Shown: piece by piece, positions 1-13,710 of the stretch
How positions within the stretch are numbered: position 1 is the first letter of the stretch
Layout of the letters: every line of letters starts with the position of its first letter
NCBI RefSeq assembly: GCF_009914755.1
Contig: NC_060926.1
DNA from: the human T2T-CHM13v2.0 reference genome, Homo sapiens
Strand: one strand, 5' to 3'
Length of the DNA stretch: 64,000 nt
Position numbers and translations under genes: made by a program
Notes under the pieces: model-generated
What the model was told of the DNA's origin: nothing
The model's database searches: none
The model's input: the letters and a program-made list of their open reading frames with translations, nothing else

Positions 1-517
1 ATACCCAAAGGAATATAAATCATGCTGCTATAAAGACACATGCACACATATGTTTATTGTGGCACTATTCACAATAGCAAAGACTTGGAACCAACCCAAA
101 TGTCCAGCAATGATAGACTGGATTAAGAAAATGTGGCACATATACACCATGGAATACTATGCAGCCATAAAAAATGATGAGTTCATGTCCTTTGTAGGGA
201 CATGGATGAAACTAGAAATCATCATTCTCAGTAAACTACCGCAAGAACAAAAAACCAAACACCGCATATTCTCACTCAAAGGTGGGAATTGAACAATGAG
301 AACACATGGACACAGGAAGGGGAACATCACACTCTGGGGACTGTTGTGGGGTGGGGGGAGTGGGGAGGGATAGCATTAGGAGATATACCTAACACTAAAT
401 GACGAGTTAATGGGTGCAGCACACCAGCATGGCACATGTATACATATGTAACTAACCTGCACATTGTGCACATGTACCCTAAAACTTAAAGTATAATAAT
501 AATAAAAGAAAAAAAAA
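1..517 (+). mobile_element. LINE-1 3' end (L1PA3-like): ORF2 C-terminus, 3'UTR and poly(A); continues left of window
   Basis: ORF 50-292 is the ORF2p C-terminus (MFIVALFTIAKTWNQPKCP...KGGN*); G-rich 3'UTR tract at ~336-370; A-rich tail at 494-517. Confidence 0.95.
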
Positions 518-730
518 GAGCCTGCGTGCACTGTGCAGAAGTCAGACCAGAAATGCTTGAGAATTAATACTCCCATGGGAGCAATTCTCAACCGGTGACT
601 AATGGGAGTTGGTACATAAACATCCCAGTTAACTTTTCCCTCAGCTAGGATAAGTCTGAAGTATTCTACTGTATCCCCCAGAATTTTCCAGTAGGATAGA
701 ACAAGTGGTAACTGGTTTAATAATACACTA

Positions 731-1440
<710 letters not shown>

Positions 1441-2040
1441 TTACAAGTGTTTCCTGGAATCGGCATTCAAACTTGCACTATCAACCTTGTTTCCAGGTCT
1501 GCTGTTAAGGGAACATAAAATAAAATGAAAGCTATTTAATATTTTCTTCCTCCAGTTTTGAAAACTGTATTTATATAGCCTGTGTCAGCTGGCCCTGTGA
1601 AAATATATGTACTATATAATGAGGCAGAAACAGTCACATCACATTTACCTTAATCAACTCTAACATTTGATTAGAGTCGATTAGAGGAGGAAAAATCTGA
1701 TACCCCTTTTTAGTTATTTCAGAGACTTTATTATATTCCTAATAACCTGTTATTCTTGGAATTTATCACATTTGTCAGTGCAATCAAATATTCTTAACAT
1801 AATCACTTTCTAAAATGGAATTCATTTTTTAAGTAGAACATACTCATAAAAACTCATTTGAAAATTTCAAAGCAATAGCCAATATATTTTCATTATGTAC
1901 TGGGCACTTTAAATGTTTGCCAAGAGAAGAGCTAAAGCTATATTGCAATTATGTTTTCATTTCTACAAAGATACCCTTAAATATCTATGAATAAAAATAT
2001 GTCTTCCACATTTTTGGCCTCAATTAACAAATTACACACT

Positions 2041-2350
2041 CTTTTTTGTTTTGTTTTTTGGCACAGAGTCTTGCTCTGTCACAGAGGCTGGAGTGCAGTG
2101 ACACAGTCATGGCTCACTGCAGCCTCAATCTCCTGGGCTTAAGTAATCCTCTGATCCTCCCACCTCAGCCTCCTGAGTAGCTGGGCTACAGGTACATACC
2201 ACCATGCCTAGCTAATTATTTTTAATTTTTCTGTAGAGACAGGGTCTCGCTTTATTGCCCAGACTGGTTTTGAACTCCTGGGCTCAAGCAATCCTCTTGC
2301 CTCCACCTCCCAAAGTCATGGAATTACAGGTGTGAGCCACCACACCCAGC
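2041..2350 (-). mobile_element. AluJ
   Basis: Reverse Alu with J-type features (gggctcaagcaatcctc); TSD tacacact at 2033-2040 and 2351-2358. Confidence 0.92.
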
Positions 2351-2564
2351 TACACACTTTCTTTTATTCTTTCTAGAATAGAAAAGATTCCTAGAAAGTT
2401 TTATTACCAAGAGGGCATGTTTGAAAGCATGTTCCTCTGAATATTAAATATTATTCCCTCAAAATGTTCCATGCAAAGGACATAGTGGCAAATTAAGCTT
2501 GAGAAATGATTCTGTTTATCCTTTTAAAGATTCTGAGTCCAAATTAACATACTAAAGATTCCCT

Positions 2565-3047
<483 letters not shown>

Positions 3048-3059
3048 TCTACAAAGAGT

Positions 3060-4490
3060 AAAATTGATAGATGAAAATGTACTGTTTTATAAATTTTGAC
3101 AAACATATGTTCCTGTGAAATCCCACATCAATCAAAGACAGAACATTTTCATCATCTTTTTTATTCAACAGTTTGATGCTCACAGATGTGGTTTTTTTGT
3201 ATTTATTCTTCTTGGGATTTTTTGAGCTTCCAGGATTTACAGGTTTCTGAAGTTTTTTAATCAAACTTAAAAAAATAGAAAACATACATTTTCAGCCTCT
3301 TTCTCTTCTCTTCTGAGCCTCTAATTACATCTATTCTAGGCTGCTTGAAAATGCTCCACAAGCACTAAGGCTCAGTTCTTTTTTTGTCTTTATGCTTCAA
3401 TGTAGGTGTTTCTCAAGTTTAGCCAAAAATTTTGCTGCTGCTTCCAATCTACTGTTAAGGCCATCTGAAAAAAATTTTTAAGTTTTAATACTATATTTTT
3501 TTTATTCTAGGACTTCTGTTGGTTTTTTGTTTGTTTTTTTACAGTTTCCAAATTCTCAAATTCCGTATCTCTTCACACATTATGCCCATCTTTTAAATTT
3601 ATTCTTTTATGTAGTTATCCTGCTGGTCATTTTAAAGTCACTCTGCTTATTCTACTAACATCTATGTCTGTAGGTCTGTTTCTAGTGACCAATTTTTCTC
3701 TTAACAATAGATCACATTTGCTGTTTCTTCATTTGTCCAGTTATTCTAGATTGTAACCAGCTATTACTGATTATAAATGGTAGAGGTCTTTCATTGTATT
3801 ACCTTCCTCTGAAGAGTGTTAGTTTTGTTTCAGCAAGCAATTAAATTATGAGTAGAAAGGTTTTGCCTTAGTCCAAATGTAAATCCCTTATTCCTGGGAT
3901 ATAGTTATTTTTTAAAGTATAGTCCTTCTTGGGTTTCAGTGAAAATCCTGAAGTATTTACCAAGATTCTATAATCTGATAAGACTGGAACTCCAAACTCT
4001 GTCCCTCTCAAAATATCAGCTCATCCTTTTCAAACCTTCAGCTGTTGTTTTCTTGTTGCACTATACAGTAAGACTTCTGCATATGTGCAGTTGAAAAGTA
4101 AGCAAAATAGTTGACGAGAGTAGGGAATTTGTATAGATTTTAATGATTTCCCTCTTTGGCTTCCAGTTATTGGATTCTGCCACCAATTTCTAGCCAATCT
4201 GGGAGCCCCCATCCTCTGCCTCTTCAGACTAGTAAAACTGACTTTCTGATAAAATTCTATATACTCTGTGCCATGTCTTGAAAATGCTCCCAGTGGAAAA
4301 GCCATATAAACGTTGATCTCAACCATGGTGGTGCTCATCTTTGAAGAAACAATTCTCCTCCAGTTTTATCTGCTTTTGATTGATTTCCAGTAACTTCAAA
4401 GATTTTTAAAAGTATGCAGTTTGTAATTATTATCAATAGGATAATTAATTCAATACAAGCTACTGCACCACTACTGGAAACCAGACTGCA
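3060..4490 (-). mobile_element. Old L1M (L1ME/MC-like) fragments
   Basis: T-rich degenerate antisense L1-like sequence (gtatttattcttcttgggatt...gagcttc; ctcttctcttctgagcctctaattaca). Confidence 0.55.
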
Positions 4491-4659
4491 CCTCTGAAAT
4501 ATCTTTTCACTATTTATTTCTAATTTTATTACATTATAGTCAATGCAGTCTTATGGCTACATTAAATTTGTCATTATTTTAGGGCATTTTTTAAAACTCT
4601 AAAATGAGGATGATTTTTGTGTATGTTTTGTCTCTTTGAATGTGAGGCACTTCATATGT

Positions 4660-4740
4660 TATTATGCATGACATGCTAGTACCAAAATATCTCATGTATC
4701 CCATAAATATATATACCTACTATGTACTCAAAAAATTAAT
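4660..4740 (+). mobile_element. Short L1MA 3'-end fragment
   Basis: aaaatatctcatgtatcccataaatatatatacctactatgtac; closely matches 24225-24270 in this window. Confidence 0.75.
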
Positions 4741-7700
4741 TTTTTTAATTTAAAAATTGATACATAGTGATTCACCTTTGTACTCATATAACTGAAACTT
4801 ACTTATTATTTGATGAAGAGAAATCCAGATGCTTTCATATTGTGTGAGCTTTTCTTTTAAATGTTCTTACATAGAAGTCTAACCCACATAAAACCACAAC
4901 CACAAAAATGTCCTTCCCATCTTTGATTGTAACTAAATACCTACAGTCTTGAAATTCTTACTTTTTCCAGAAGCTGAAGTGAAGTAGAGGTGGCCCCTCA
5001 ATGCACATTTATGCCATGTTATTTCTCCACTCTATCTGCCAAACCAATGAAAGACATTTTCTCAAAAATGAATACCACTGTGAATTCAAAGAGTTGGAAT
5101 TCAAACATAATATCATTTATTTTTTCAACCACTGTTTTTAATAATACTTTGTCAAATATTTTTCTCATTCCTTAATGTTATATTTGATAGATTCCATAAC
5201 TTTCTAGTAACTTTTGGTTATTAAAATCCAGTCCAATGTAAAGTTGCAATCTCAAACTCAATCTAAACTTTCTTGGCCCTAAATATGAGGACAGAATTTG
5301 ACTGCTAGAGGTAGTGATGGGACAGGAAACAGAGACAGCCTGTATGTATGTATTATTATCTCCCTTCATCACTCTTTCTCTTCAAAGCCTAGCTCCTTTA
5401 ATGGGTTGAGGGTAGGGAAAATGGAGAGGGAGAGAAACAAGTGCCTTTTTGTTTGACTGGCTGCTATTATAACCCTCTCTGTGACAGATTTCTCTGCTTC
5501 TCTGGCTGGACATTGATGCCTTATGCATGGAAGCCATCCAAATCCTGACTCTCTTGTGACGGTTGTATGAGTTAATAGAAAAGCCTTGAAGAGTTCCCTT
5601 ATAACATAATTCTCTGCTGAAGTACCTTAAGCTCCAGGTCAACCTCATTCTCCAATTCCATCTCCCTCCCATGGCTATACATCTACTGCCTCTTCCTGCT
5701 GGGGTCCCCCTGACCAGCAAGAAGCTAAGTAGGGTGGCCGAAGTCTGCTTACCTTCTATGATATATGCCTGACTTCATCTTTGCTACACCAGATGGTGGG
5801 AGTGCAGTCTGTCTCCATTCTGCCAACAATCTCTTATTGTATTCTCATTCATTGAAATAGACCAAGAGATAGATTAGCACACTGGCTAAGCAGACATTCA
5901 AACAGGAAACAAAATCCCAGCCAGTTTCTCCTTCTGGTAGGAACCTCCATTCTTTATGAGTGACTCTCTTAGAGCCCCTCCTTCTCCCAGTTTGGCTTTA
6001 GAAAGAAAAGAATCTCCATTTCTCCCCTAAGGAGGAGTAAGGGATATATCTAACACAATCACTGCATGTATGACACTTTCCATCTCTCTAACCTATTCAT
6101 TTCATATAAGTGAAAGATCATAATACAGAAGGGTTAGTTCCATCACTTACTACTAACTCTGAAGGAAGTGTAAATTATGGGTACTTAATACCTCAGACTT
6201 TTCAGCTTTGACCCTAAACATTGAACATTGAGTCCCACTGAATATCCTGATACAAAAGCAAAATTTAACATTTTTAATGCTATCCCACAGCTTTTGTCTA
6301 CTATTTTCTAAAGTTGTATTTTGCTTTGTTTTTCTAAAAGCAGTCAGGAAAATAAATATTGTATTAAACCCACAGTTATTTGCATACAACTAATAATTGA
6401 ATTTTCCAGACTACTATGCAAGAAGTATATTTACTATTTTGCTGGCTTTAAGCTAAAGTTTTTAAACCATTAGGTTTTAATATGCATATTCAGATATACA
6501 ATTCCATTGACTTTAAAAAAAACAGAAGTAATTTGAAAACTGCATTAATTTAAAGAGGTCCTGATTGCGTTAACGCTATCATTTATTAAGATCATCTTTT
6601 TTGTTGTCATATAGACATATCATCAGGTTTAGGAAATATCTGAACCCCAGACCCATGAGCCCACCTCGATACGTGGCTCAAATGCTAACTAACCTGCAAA
6701 GAAGAAGAACTGCTGAGATCTGATATCAACATTCTGCCTATAATTCGTGGGGCAAACATATTTTAATATTTTAAGAGTATACTCCCTAATGGTACAATAT
6801 AGTCATTTTAGGACATGAAATATGATGGGTGTCTGTCAAATATTACTTGAAGATACCAAGAAGTTATGGGAAAGATGAAGATTAAATTGCATTGCCCTTT
6901 TTATGCTGTTCCTGGGCTGATGTTTAATGAAGTTCACAGCATCCATATTTCAGTGTTGGAGGAGAACAATCGATCTGTTTTGTTTCAATTCCAAAGCAAG
7001 TCATGGTGCTTGCATATTGCATTTAAGTACTGGATTTAAGCAAAAACTTAATACAAAATGACCCTAAATCAAGAAGTTCTTTCTTAATGTAGACGAGACC
7101 CCATGACATCTTAAAAAAAATAGCAACACCCAGAATTATTAAGAACTAACCTATTGTGCAAAGTGGAACTAGAGACTTGTGTAAGGATGCCCTCTATGGC
7201 CTTTAAAATTCATCATAAGTAAGCATATACTGGCGGCAGTTCTCATGAAAGAAAAGAAAGAATAGCCTGTTCAGCAAATCATTCCATAGTATGCATCAAT
7301 CTCCAGGTTAGAGAACCCCTTTAGGGACTGTTATACACAGATACCTGAGCCAAGCAGGGTCAAGATTCTCATGACCAAGTAATAACACTTACAGTCTTCT
7401 GACTGAAAATGCAAATTCCTTGCCAGTCAGCATATTATACTTTCTTTACAAATTATCTTTTTTCCCTGCAAGAAAAGTTGGGTGGACATATTTTTATGGA
7501 TGTTTCTATCTTTCTCTCTGTGACTGTATTTTTTAAATCCACTCTACACATTCTCAGAAGATAATCAGAAATTACACCAGAAACTATTCTTCTAGAGAGA
7601 CTGTGTAAAATTGGAAGTTTTTATTATATCCACGTTTTCTGTTATCATCTATATTTTCTTCACTGTATTTAAAAATAAAAAAATGTGTGTATATGGCAGC

Positions 7701-8039
7701 AAATGTGGAGAAACAAAGAAGCTTTGTGTTTAGGACAGCAAGAAAGGAAGAAGGCTAAAACTGTATCCCCATTCTTCAGTCAAGTCTTGGAAGGGGAAAA
7801 ACCCCAAAGAATAAGATGACAATCTTCCTGAGGGAGGAGAAATAGACATGTCCTTGAGGAGCTACAGCCAGAGGCGGGACAGCCCTGAAGACTGGGTGTG
7901 TCTGAGAAGTAAGTAGCAATAGCAGTAGGCCTAGATGGTCCCAAAATGTGCAAAGTGGCATCCATACTGCAATAGGCATTGGCCATGGTTCAGACATGTT
8001 GGAGTTTTCATTCTAATGCTGCCCCAAAGAATAGAAATG

Positions 8040-8490
8040 TGACTTTGTGGAAGTCAGATAGTCTCTCTAAAGACTTTCCTTAAAGGAAAATGATCATGTG
8101 TTCACCATCTCAAAGGATTTTTTGTGAGAATTAAAGAAAGATGATCTGGCTGGGCATGGTGGATCACACCTATAATTCCAGCCCTTTGGGAGGCTGGGGC
8201 AGGAGGAATCCTTGAATTCAGGAGTTTAAGACCACACTGGGCAACATGGAGGAACCCTGTCTCTACAAAAAATACAAAAATTAGCCAGTGATGGTGGCAA
8301 ACATCTATAGTTTCAGCTACTCAGGAAGCTGTGGTGGGGGATTGCTTTGAACCCAGGAAGTAGAGGCTGCAGTGAGCCATGATCATGCCACTTCACTCCA
8401 GCCTGGGTGACAGAGTGAAACCCTGTCTCAAAAAAAAAATGATCTGTGACAGCATCTCCCTCAGTCCATGTCTGCCACATTAAATGTTCA
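8040..8490 (+). mobile_element. MIR remnant split by an AluJ
   Basis: gtgacttt...aaaatga...gtgagaattaaagaaagat before the Alu; continues after it. Confidence 0.5.
8148..8439 (+). mobile_element. AluJ
   Basis: Dimeric Alu with J features (aggaggaatccttga..caggagttt, gaggctgcagtgagccatgatc); TSD atgatctg. Confidence 0.92.
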
Positions 8491-9806
8491 TGGAAATAAA
8501 AGGTAAATACAAATGTAATACTGTTAATTACACTGGAACAACAATATGCTTCAAATACACCTTTCTGATACCCTACCCAATTCACTTTAACCACTTAAAG
8601 CCAAGTAAAATAATGTATTATCTGCTAAATCAGAATCATTAAATACTTGGGAAATAAGAATCTCTATAGTTTTATCTTAGAAGTTACCAAATTTGTATGT
8701 GTTTATTTGTATTCTTTAAAAAATCTATCATTTTTGCTGTTTTTTCCTCACAGTGCAGTGAATTACACCAAATTTACAAATCTATATGAGATTGTTTGCC
8801 CAAATTTTATGGACTATCATGTTATTAAAGATTGTCACTGAAAAATAGGTAATAACATGGTAAACAGCTCCACAATCTGGTTTTACGGCATGAGTTACTC
8901 AAAAGATGAACTTCACCAGAGATTCAATGTATTTATCAAACTAAAGGATAAAATGCCTTGAATGCAGAAGAAACCACAAAATAAAATATTCTCCACATTT
9001 ATTTGACATATTCATAAAATATTCATATTGTTGTATCTTTCTTTTGTTAGAAAACTAATTATTACCTAAAAATATATATAGAAAGAGTTTCCTGAGGAAA
9101 GAATTTTGTGCTAACACTAGTCTGTATCTAAATCATAGAAAAGTAGAAATCAAAACACAAATACAAATTTTTTTTCAGACGTCACAGAACATACGTAGTG
9201 ATTTAGCCAGAATTAAAGGGGATAATACTATATCTCCAAAAATTGAATAACTATTTATTTGAATAAACTTTTCTACGAATTTCCTCACTTAATCTGATAA
9301 TTTCATTATGAAGATCCCATTTCTCTATATCCTAAATTTACAGTTTACTGAAAATCTACTCTAATTTTTGTCACTAGTTGCAATTAACCAAATTAGTGTG
9401 TTTTAGGCAAATTTGCCTGTTCAAAGTAGTAAATACTGAAATTTCCCAGTGATTTTCCTATGAATCACATAATTCTGAGATGTAAACATCTCCCAATATT
9501 GTCCACTAGCATTTAAAACTCGAAAGCTTCTCTGAAGTTAAGGGGCTGTTTGCTTAGCAACATTTTAGGATAATGGCAAAACATTATAGTATGAGAAGCC
9601 TGAGCTTAAGAAGCCAGCTCCGTACTCTACAGACCCCTCTCAATTTCACTCCAACAAATACTCAGAATATATAACTTCCTGAACAGGTGGTAAGTGGCAG
9701 GGCTCTCTCATCCACCTCACTCTCTCTCTTCCTATTTTCTTATAGGTCATTCTTGCCCAACAACCCTGATCTAAAGTGCACTTCAAAAAATAATATCTTA
9801 GAATTA

Positions 9807-10531
9807 CAGAAATCCCCATTATGTGTGGTTTTGCTTTTCACAATTTCGGTTACCTGTGATCAATCAAGGTCCAAAAATAATGAAAGGAAAATTCCAGAAA
9901 TGAACAAATGCATTTTAAATTGCCCACTGTTCTGACTAGCATGATGAAATCTTGAACTGTCCTGCTTCATCAAGCCCAAACGTTGACTCATCCCTTTGTC
10001 TGACATACCTACACTGTCTACACTCCTGGTCTGTCAGTCCCCTAGTAGCTGGCTAGGTTATCAGATCAGCTGCTGTGGTATCATAGTGTTTGTGCTCAAG
10101 GAACTCTTATTTTACTTCGTAATGGCCCCAAAGCCCAAGAGTAGTGATGCTTTCAATTTGGATATGCCAAAAAGGAGCCATAAAGTGCTTCCTTTAAGTG
10201 AAGAGATGAAAGTTCTCAACTCAATATGAAAACAAAAAAATGGTGTGCTGAGATTGCCAAGATCTACATTAATAAGAAATTTTCTATCCATGAAATTCCG
10301 AAGAAGGAAAAAGAAATTTGCACTAGTTTCACTGTTGCCCCTCAAACTGCAGAAGTTACAGCCACAGTGCATGATAAGTGCTTAGTTGAGATGGAAAGGA
10401 CATTAAATTTGTGGGTGGAAGACATAAACAGAAACCAACTGACAACAATTGGTTTCCAGTTCAGTACTATCCACAGTTTCACGCATGCATGGAAATCCTA
10501 GACATTCCTCCCAAATAAGGGAGAACTACTG
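9807..10531 (+). mobile_element. MER44 (Tigger7-derived) non-autonomous DNA transposon, ~725 bp
   Basis: Degenerate TIRs (cagaaatccccattat...ataagggagaactactg), TA TSDs at 9805-9806 and 10532-10533, transposase N-terminal remnant MAPKPKSSDA...KVLPLSEEMKVL. Confidence 0.9.
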
Positions 10532-10778
10532 TATTTCTCTTACATTCATTTCTTTTATATAAAAGCCCTTTGTAAACTATAACACTGTTCAAGACTTGCT
10601 TTCAGGTGCATGTTTCCATTCATATTCTCTTTTCAATAAATTTGCCAGTCACTGCCACCTCTATAGGCCCCCCAAAACTGTTCCTGGGTATTCACCCTGG
10701 AGTTGGTCCTGTCAAACCACCTAAAGAGCTGGGAACATGACTAATATTCCATACTAAATCCTCTCCTGCTTAAATAAG

Positions 10779-11209
10779 TGTTAAAGCAAACTAAATATGG
10801 CCTGAGAAGGACTCTGTACTTCTACATTTGAGTCCTTGTAGATGAACTGTAACCTAGCTTAATAGTCAGACAAAATTCAAAGCCTAACTTAATAGTATGC
10901 ACTTGTAACAATAGCTGAGTGTTGGCCAATCCCAGCAGCACACTTCAACCACTCATAGACTGCTGAATGTTCAAACTGTGTTCAAATAAGGCAAACGCGG
11001 AGCTGTAACCAATGTCACTGTTTCTGTACCTCACTTCCAATTCTTGTATGCCACTTTACCTTTTTTGTCCACAAATCTGTTCTGACCACGAGGCACCCCG
11101 AGAGTCTCTGTGAATCTGCTGTGATTCTGGGGGCTGCCCGAGTCATGAATCGTTCTTTGCTCAATAAAACTCCTTTACATTTAATTTGGCTGACGTTTTT
11201 CTTTTATCA
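10779..11209 (+). mobile_element. MER57A-type ERV1 solo LTR
   Basis: TG...CA ends (tgttaaagcaaactaaatatggcctgagaagg...cttttatca), CCAAT boxes, aataaa, TSD taag/caag. Confidence 0.85.
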
Positions 11210-11596
11210 CAAGCTAGAGTAGATTAGGTCTCTGCAACTAAAGATGCTAGCAATATGGTCTTACATTTTATGTTCTGTGAAGGTCTTTTTCTGTATCTCA
11301 AAATTTTGCTATATTTTAAGGCTTGTATGTATGTATAACTATGAGTTTTTTTCCCATTGCCTTTCTAATTAAGTTTGCTGTTATATAAAATAGTCACATT
11401 GTTCAACTGTTTTACAAGTTCTAATTATTATACAATCAGTTGTCTTGGATTTCATAAGTAAATAATCATTTTACCAAAAATAACAAGGGCTTTATTTCCA
11501 TTTTTCCAATATTCATAACTCTCATTTTTTTACCTTGTCACTTTAGCTAAGATTAGCAGCACAATATTCATTAGTAATAGTGATACAGATAATAGT

Positions 11597-11987
11597 TGTA
11601 TTAGTCTGTTCTTGCATTGCTATAAAGAAATACCTGAGTCCAGATAATTTATAAAGAAAAGAGGTTTAATTGGCTTGTGGTTGTTCAGCCTGTACAGGAA
11701 GCATATTGCCCGCATTTGCTCCTGGGTGACAGAGAGTCAGGAAGCTTACAAAGGTGAAGAGAGAGCAGGCACATCACATGGCAGGAGCGGAAGCCAGAGG
11801 TGGGGGAAGGTGCCACACTTTAAAACAATCAGATCTCATGAGAACTCACTCACTGTCACAAGGACAGCACCAACACATGAGGGATCACCCCCATGACTCA
11901 AATACCTTCCACTAGGCCCTAACTTCAACACTGAGGATTGCATTTCAACATGAGAATTGGGCAGGGACAAATAGCCAAACTATATCA
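11597..11987 (-). mobile_element. MSTA/B MaLR solo LTR inside an old antisense L1M fragment
   Basis: tgtattagtctgttcttgcattgctataaagaaatacctgag...ccaaactatatca. Confidence 0.88.
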
Positions 11988-12399
11988 CCAGTCATTCTTA
12001 TATTTTTCTATATGTAATAGGAGGTGCCTCCAAGCTTCTGGTTAAGTAATGAAGTAAATAAAATTTAATCACTTTCTTCTCAGTGAAAAGTATATTATGC
12101 CATGCACTATGTGCTAAGTACAAAGTTTTTCACTGAGAAAGTGATCAAATTCTATTAATAATGCAATCAAATTTTATAAATAATATGAGTAAGTCAAGTC
12201 AAATAAGGACTGAGAAATGACTGCTTATGAGGCTCATAAAAAAGAAAACAAATATATTTGAAGTTTGAAACAAACAAAATGGAAAGAAAAAGATCAGGAA
12301 AATACTAACAAAAGCTAACAGCAATTTTTAACATTAGACTCCAAAACAAAATTTAAAAGATGGAATATTTCACATTGCTGCCAGAAATAAAATAATTGC

Positions 12400-13710
12400 T
12401 ATCCACTTGGTATCAGCAGCCTCACAAATCTACCATCCCAGTAGTGGCATGTGAATAAAGTAGTTCTGGTAGGAAATGCGTGGGCCCAACAGCACAGCTT
12501 CGCATTTACGAGCCTGCTGCTATGATTTGAATGTTTGTGTTCCCTCCAAAATTTATGTTGAAACTTAATCGCCAATGCAGGAGTATTAACTGGTGAGGCC
12601 TTTAGCAGATGATTATTTCATGAGGGCTTCTCCTTCATGGATAAGATTAAAGCCCTTATAAAAGAGACTTCACAATATATTCGGCCCTTTGGCCCTTCTG
12701 CCTTTCACCATGTGAGGATGTAATAATGAGTCATTACCTTGGAAGCATTGAGTAAACCCTCACCAGATACCAAACCTGACAGCACATTGATCTAGAACTT
12801 CCTAGCCTCCAGAACTGTTACAAATAAATTTCTATTGTTTGTAAATACCCAGTCTTTGGTATTTTGTTATAGCAGCACAAATGAACTCAGATAGCTGCTT
12901 TGCCTACTTATGCCACCAAATGTCCAATCTGCCAGTAGGAGAAACCTACACTGAAACTCTTATACAGCACTATTCCTTGAAGAGATCAACAGGCTAATTG
13001 GCGACAAGTTGATTACACTGAATATCTTCCATCCTGGAAGAAAGAGATATTCAATCTAAAAAAAAAAAAAAAAAACTAGACATATATGCTGGATTTAGAT
13101 TTGTTCAACCTCCCTTCAGGGCATCAGTCAGCACCTCTTTCTATTAGGACATGTTTGATCCACCAGCATGGGATTTCTCAGAATAGTGGATTCACTTTAC
13201 AGGAGAAAAGTGTGGAAGTGAGTCCAATAGCCTGCTGGAGGCCATTTCAATTTTCTCTTGAAGGACTATTGAATCGAAGCACCAGCTTAGCTCAGAAGCA
13301 ATGTTCTCTGAGAATGGGGTGCCATCCTCCAACATACAATACAGACATTAAATCAAAGAACTTTGTACTAGTATTGTGCCATGCACTATGTGCTATGTAC
13401 ATTTGTATGTTTCCAATAGAAAGATTGAAGGGTTCCAGGAATCAGGGAGGGAAGCAAGGGTGGGCCCACTCACCATACCATCGTCCTTAATCACCCACTG
13501 AGGGACTTGAGCACATCTTTCCTATCTAACATGCTCCAGAGCACTCCCCATGGAGTTGATTGAAACTTTGTTGGGTCTGCATCACATATTAGCTTATCTG
13601 TCTATTAAATCCTATTTTCTCCCAATTCTTTCCACAGGTGTTGATCCCTAATCATTAACCTGTACTCCAAACTCCATCTCAGAATCTGATTCCACATAAC
13701 AGGACCTATA
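12400..13710 (+). mobile_element. ERVL (HERV16/ERV3-16A3-like) integrase remnant followed by an LTR16A-like 3' end
   Basis: Degenerate integrase motifs CPICQ (12921) and WRQVDYTEYLP (~12998, cf. ERVL WQVDYIGPLP); LTR16A-like ttccacaggtgttgatccc...ctccatctcagaatctg at 13630-13710. Confidence 0.65.
12518..12893 (+). mobile_element. MSTD-like MaLR solo LTR
   Basis: tgctatgatttgaatgtttgtgttccctccaaaatt...gttatagcagcacaaatgaactcagata; TSD cctgc/gctgc. Confidence 0.82.

Noticed and set aside
4803-5175. Minus-strand GTAAG donors at ~4802 and ~4961 and nearby short ORFs
   Set aside because: The 4803-4876 candidate has stops in all frames and a weak acceptor; no recognisable protein; chance motifs likely
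5230-6080. Moderately GC-richer block with a 112-aa minus-strand ORF
   Set aside because: Probably an ancient LTR-derived relic, but I cannot assign a family and the ORF has no recognisable homology
13058-13075. Isolated A-run inside the ERVL remnant
   Set aside because: No convincing TSD or body; simple homopolymer expansion
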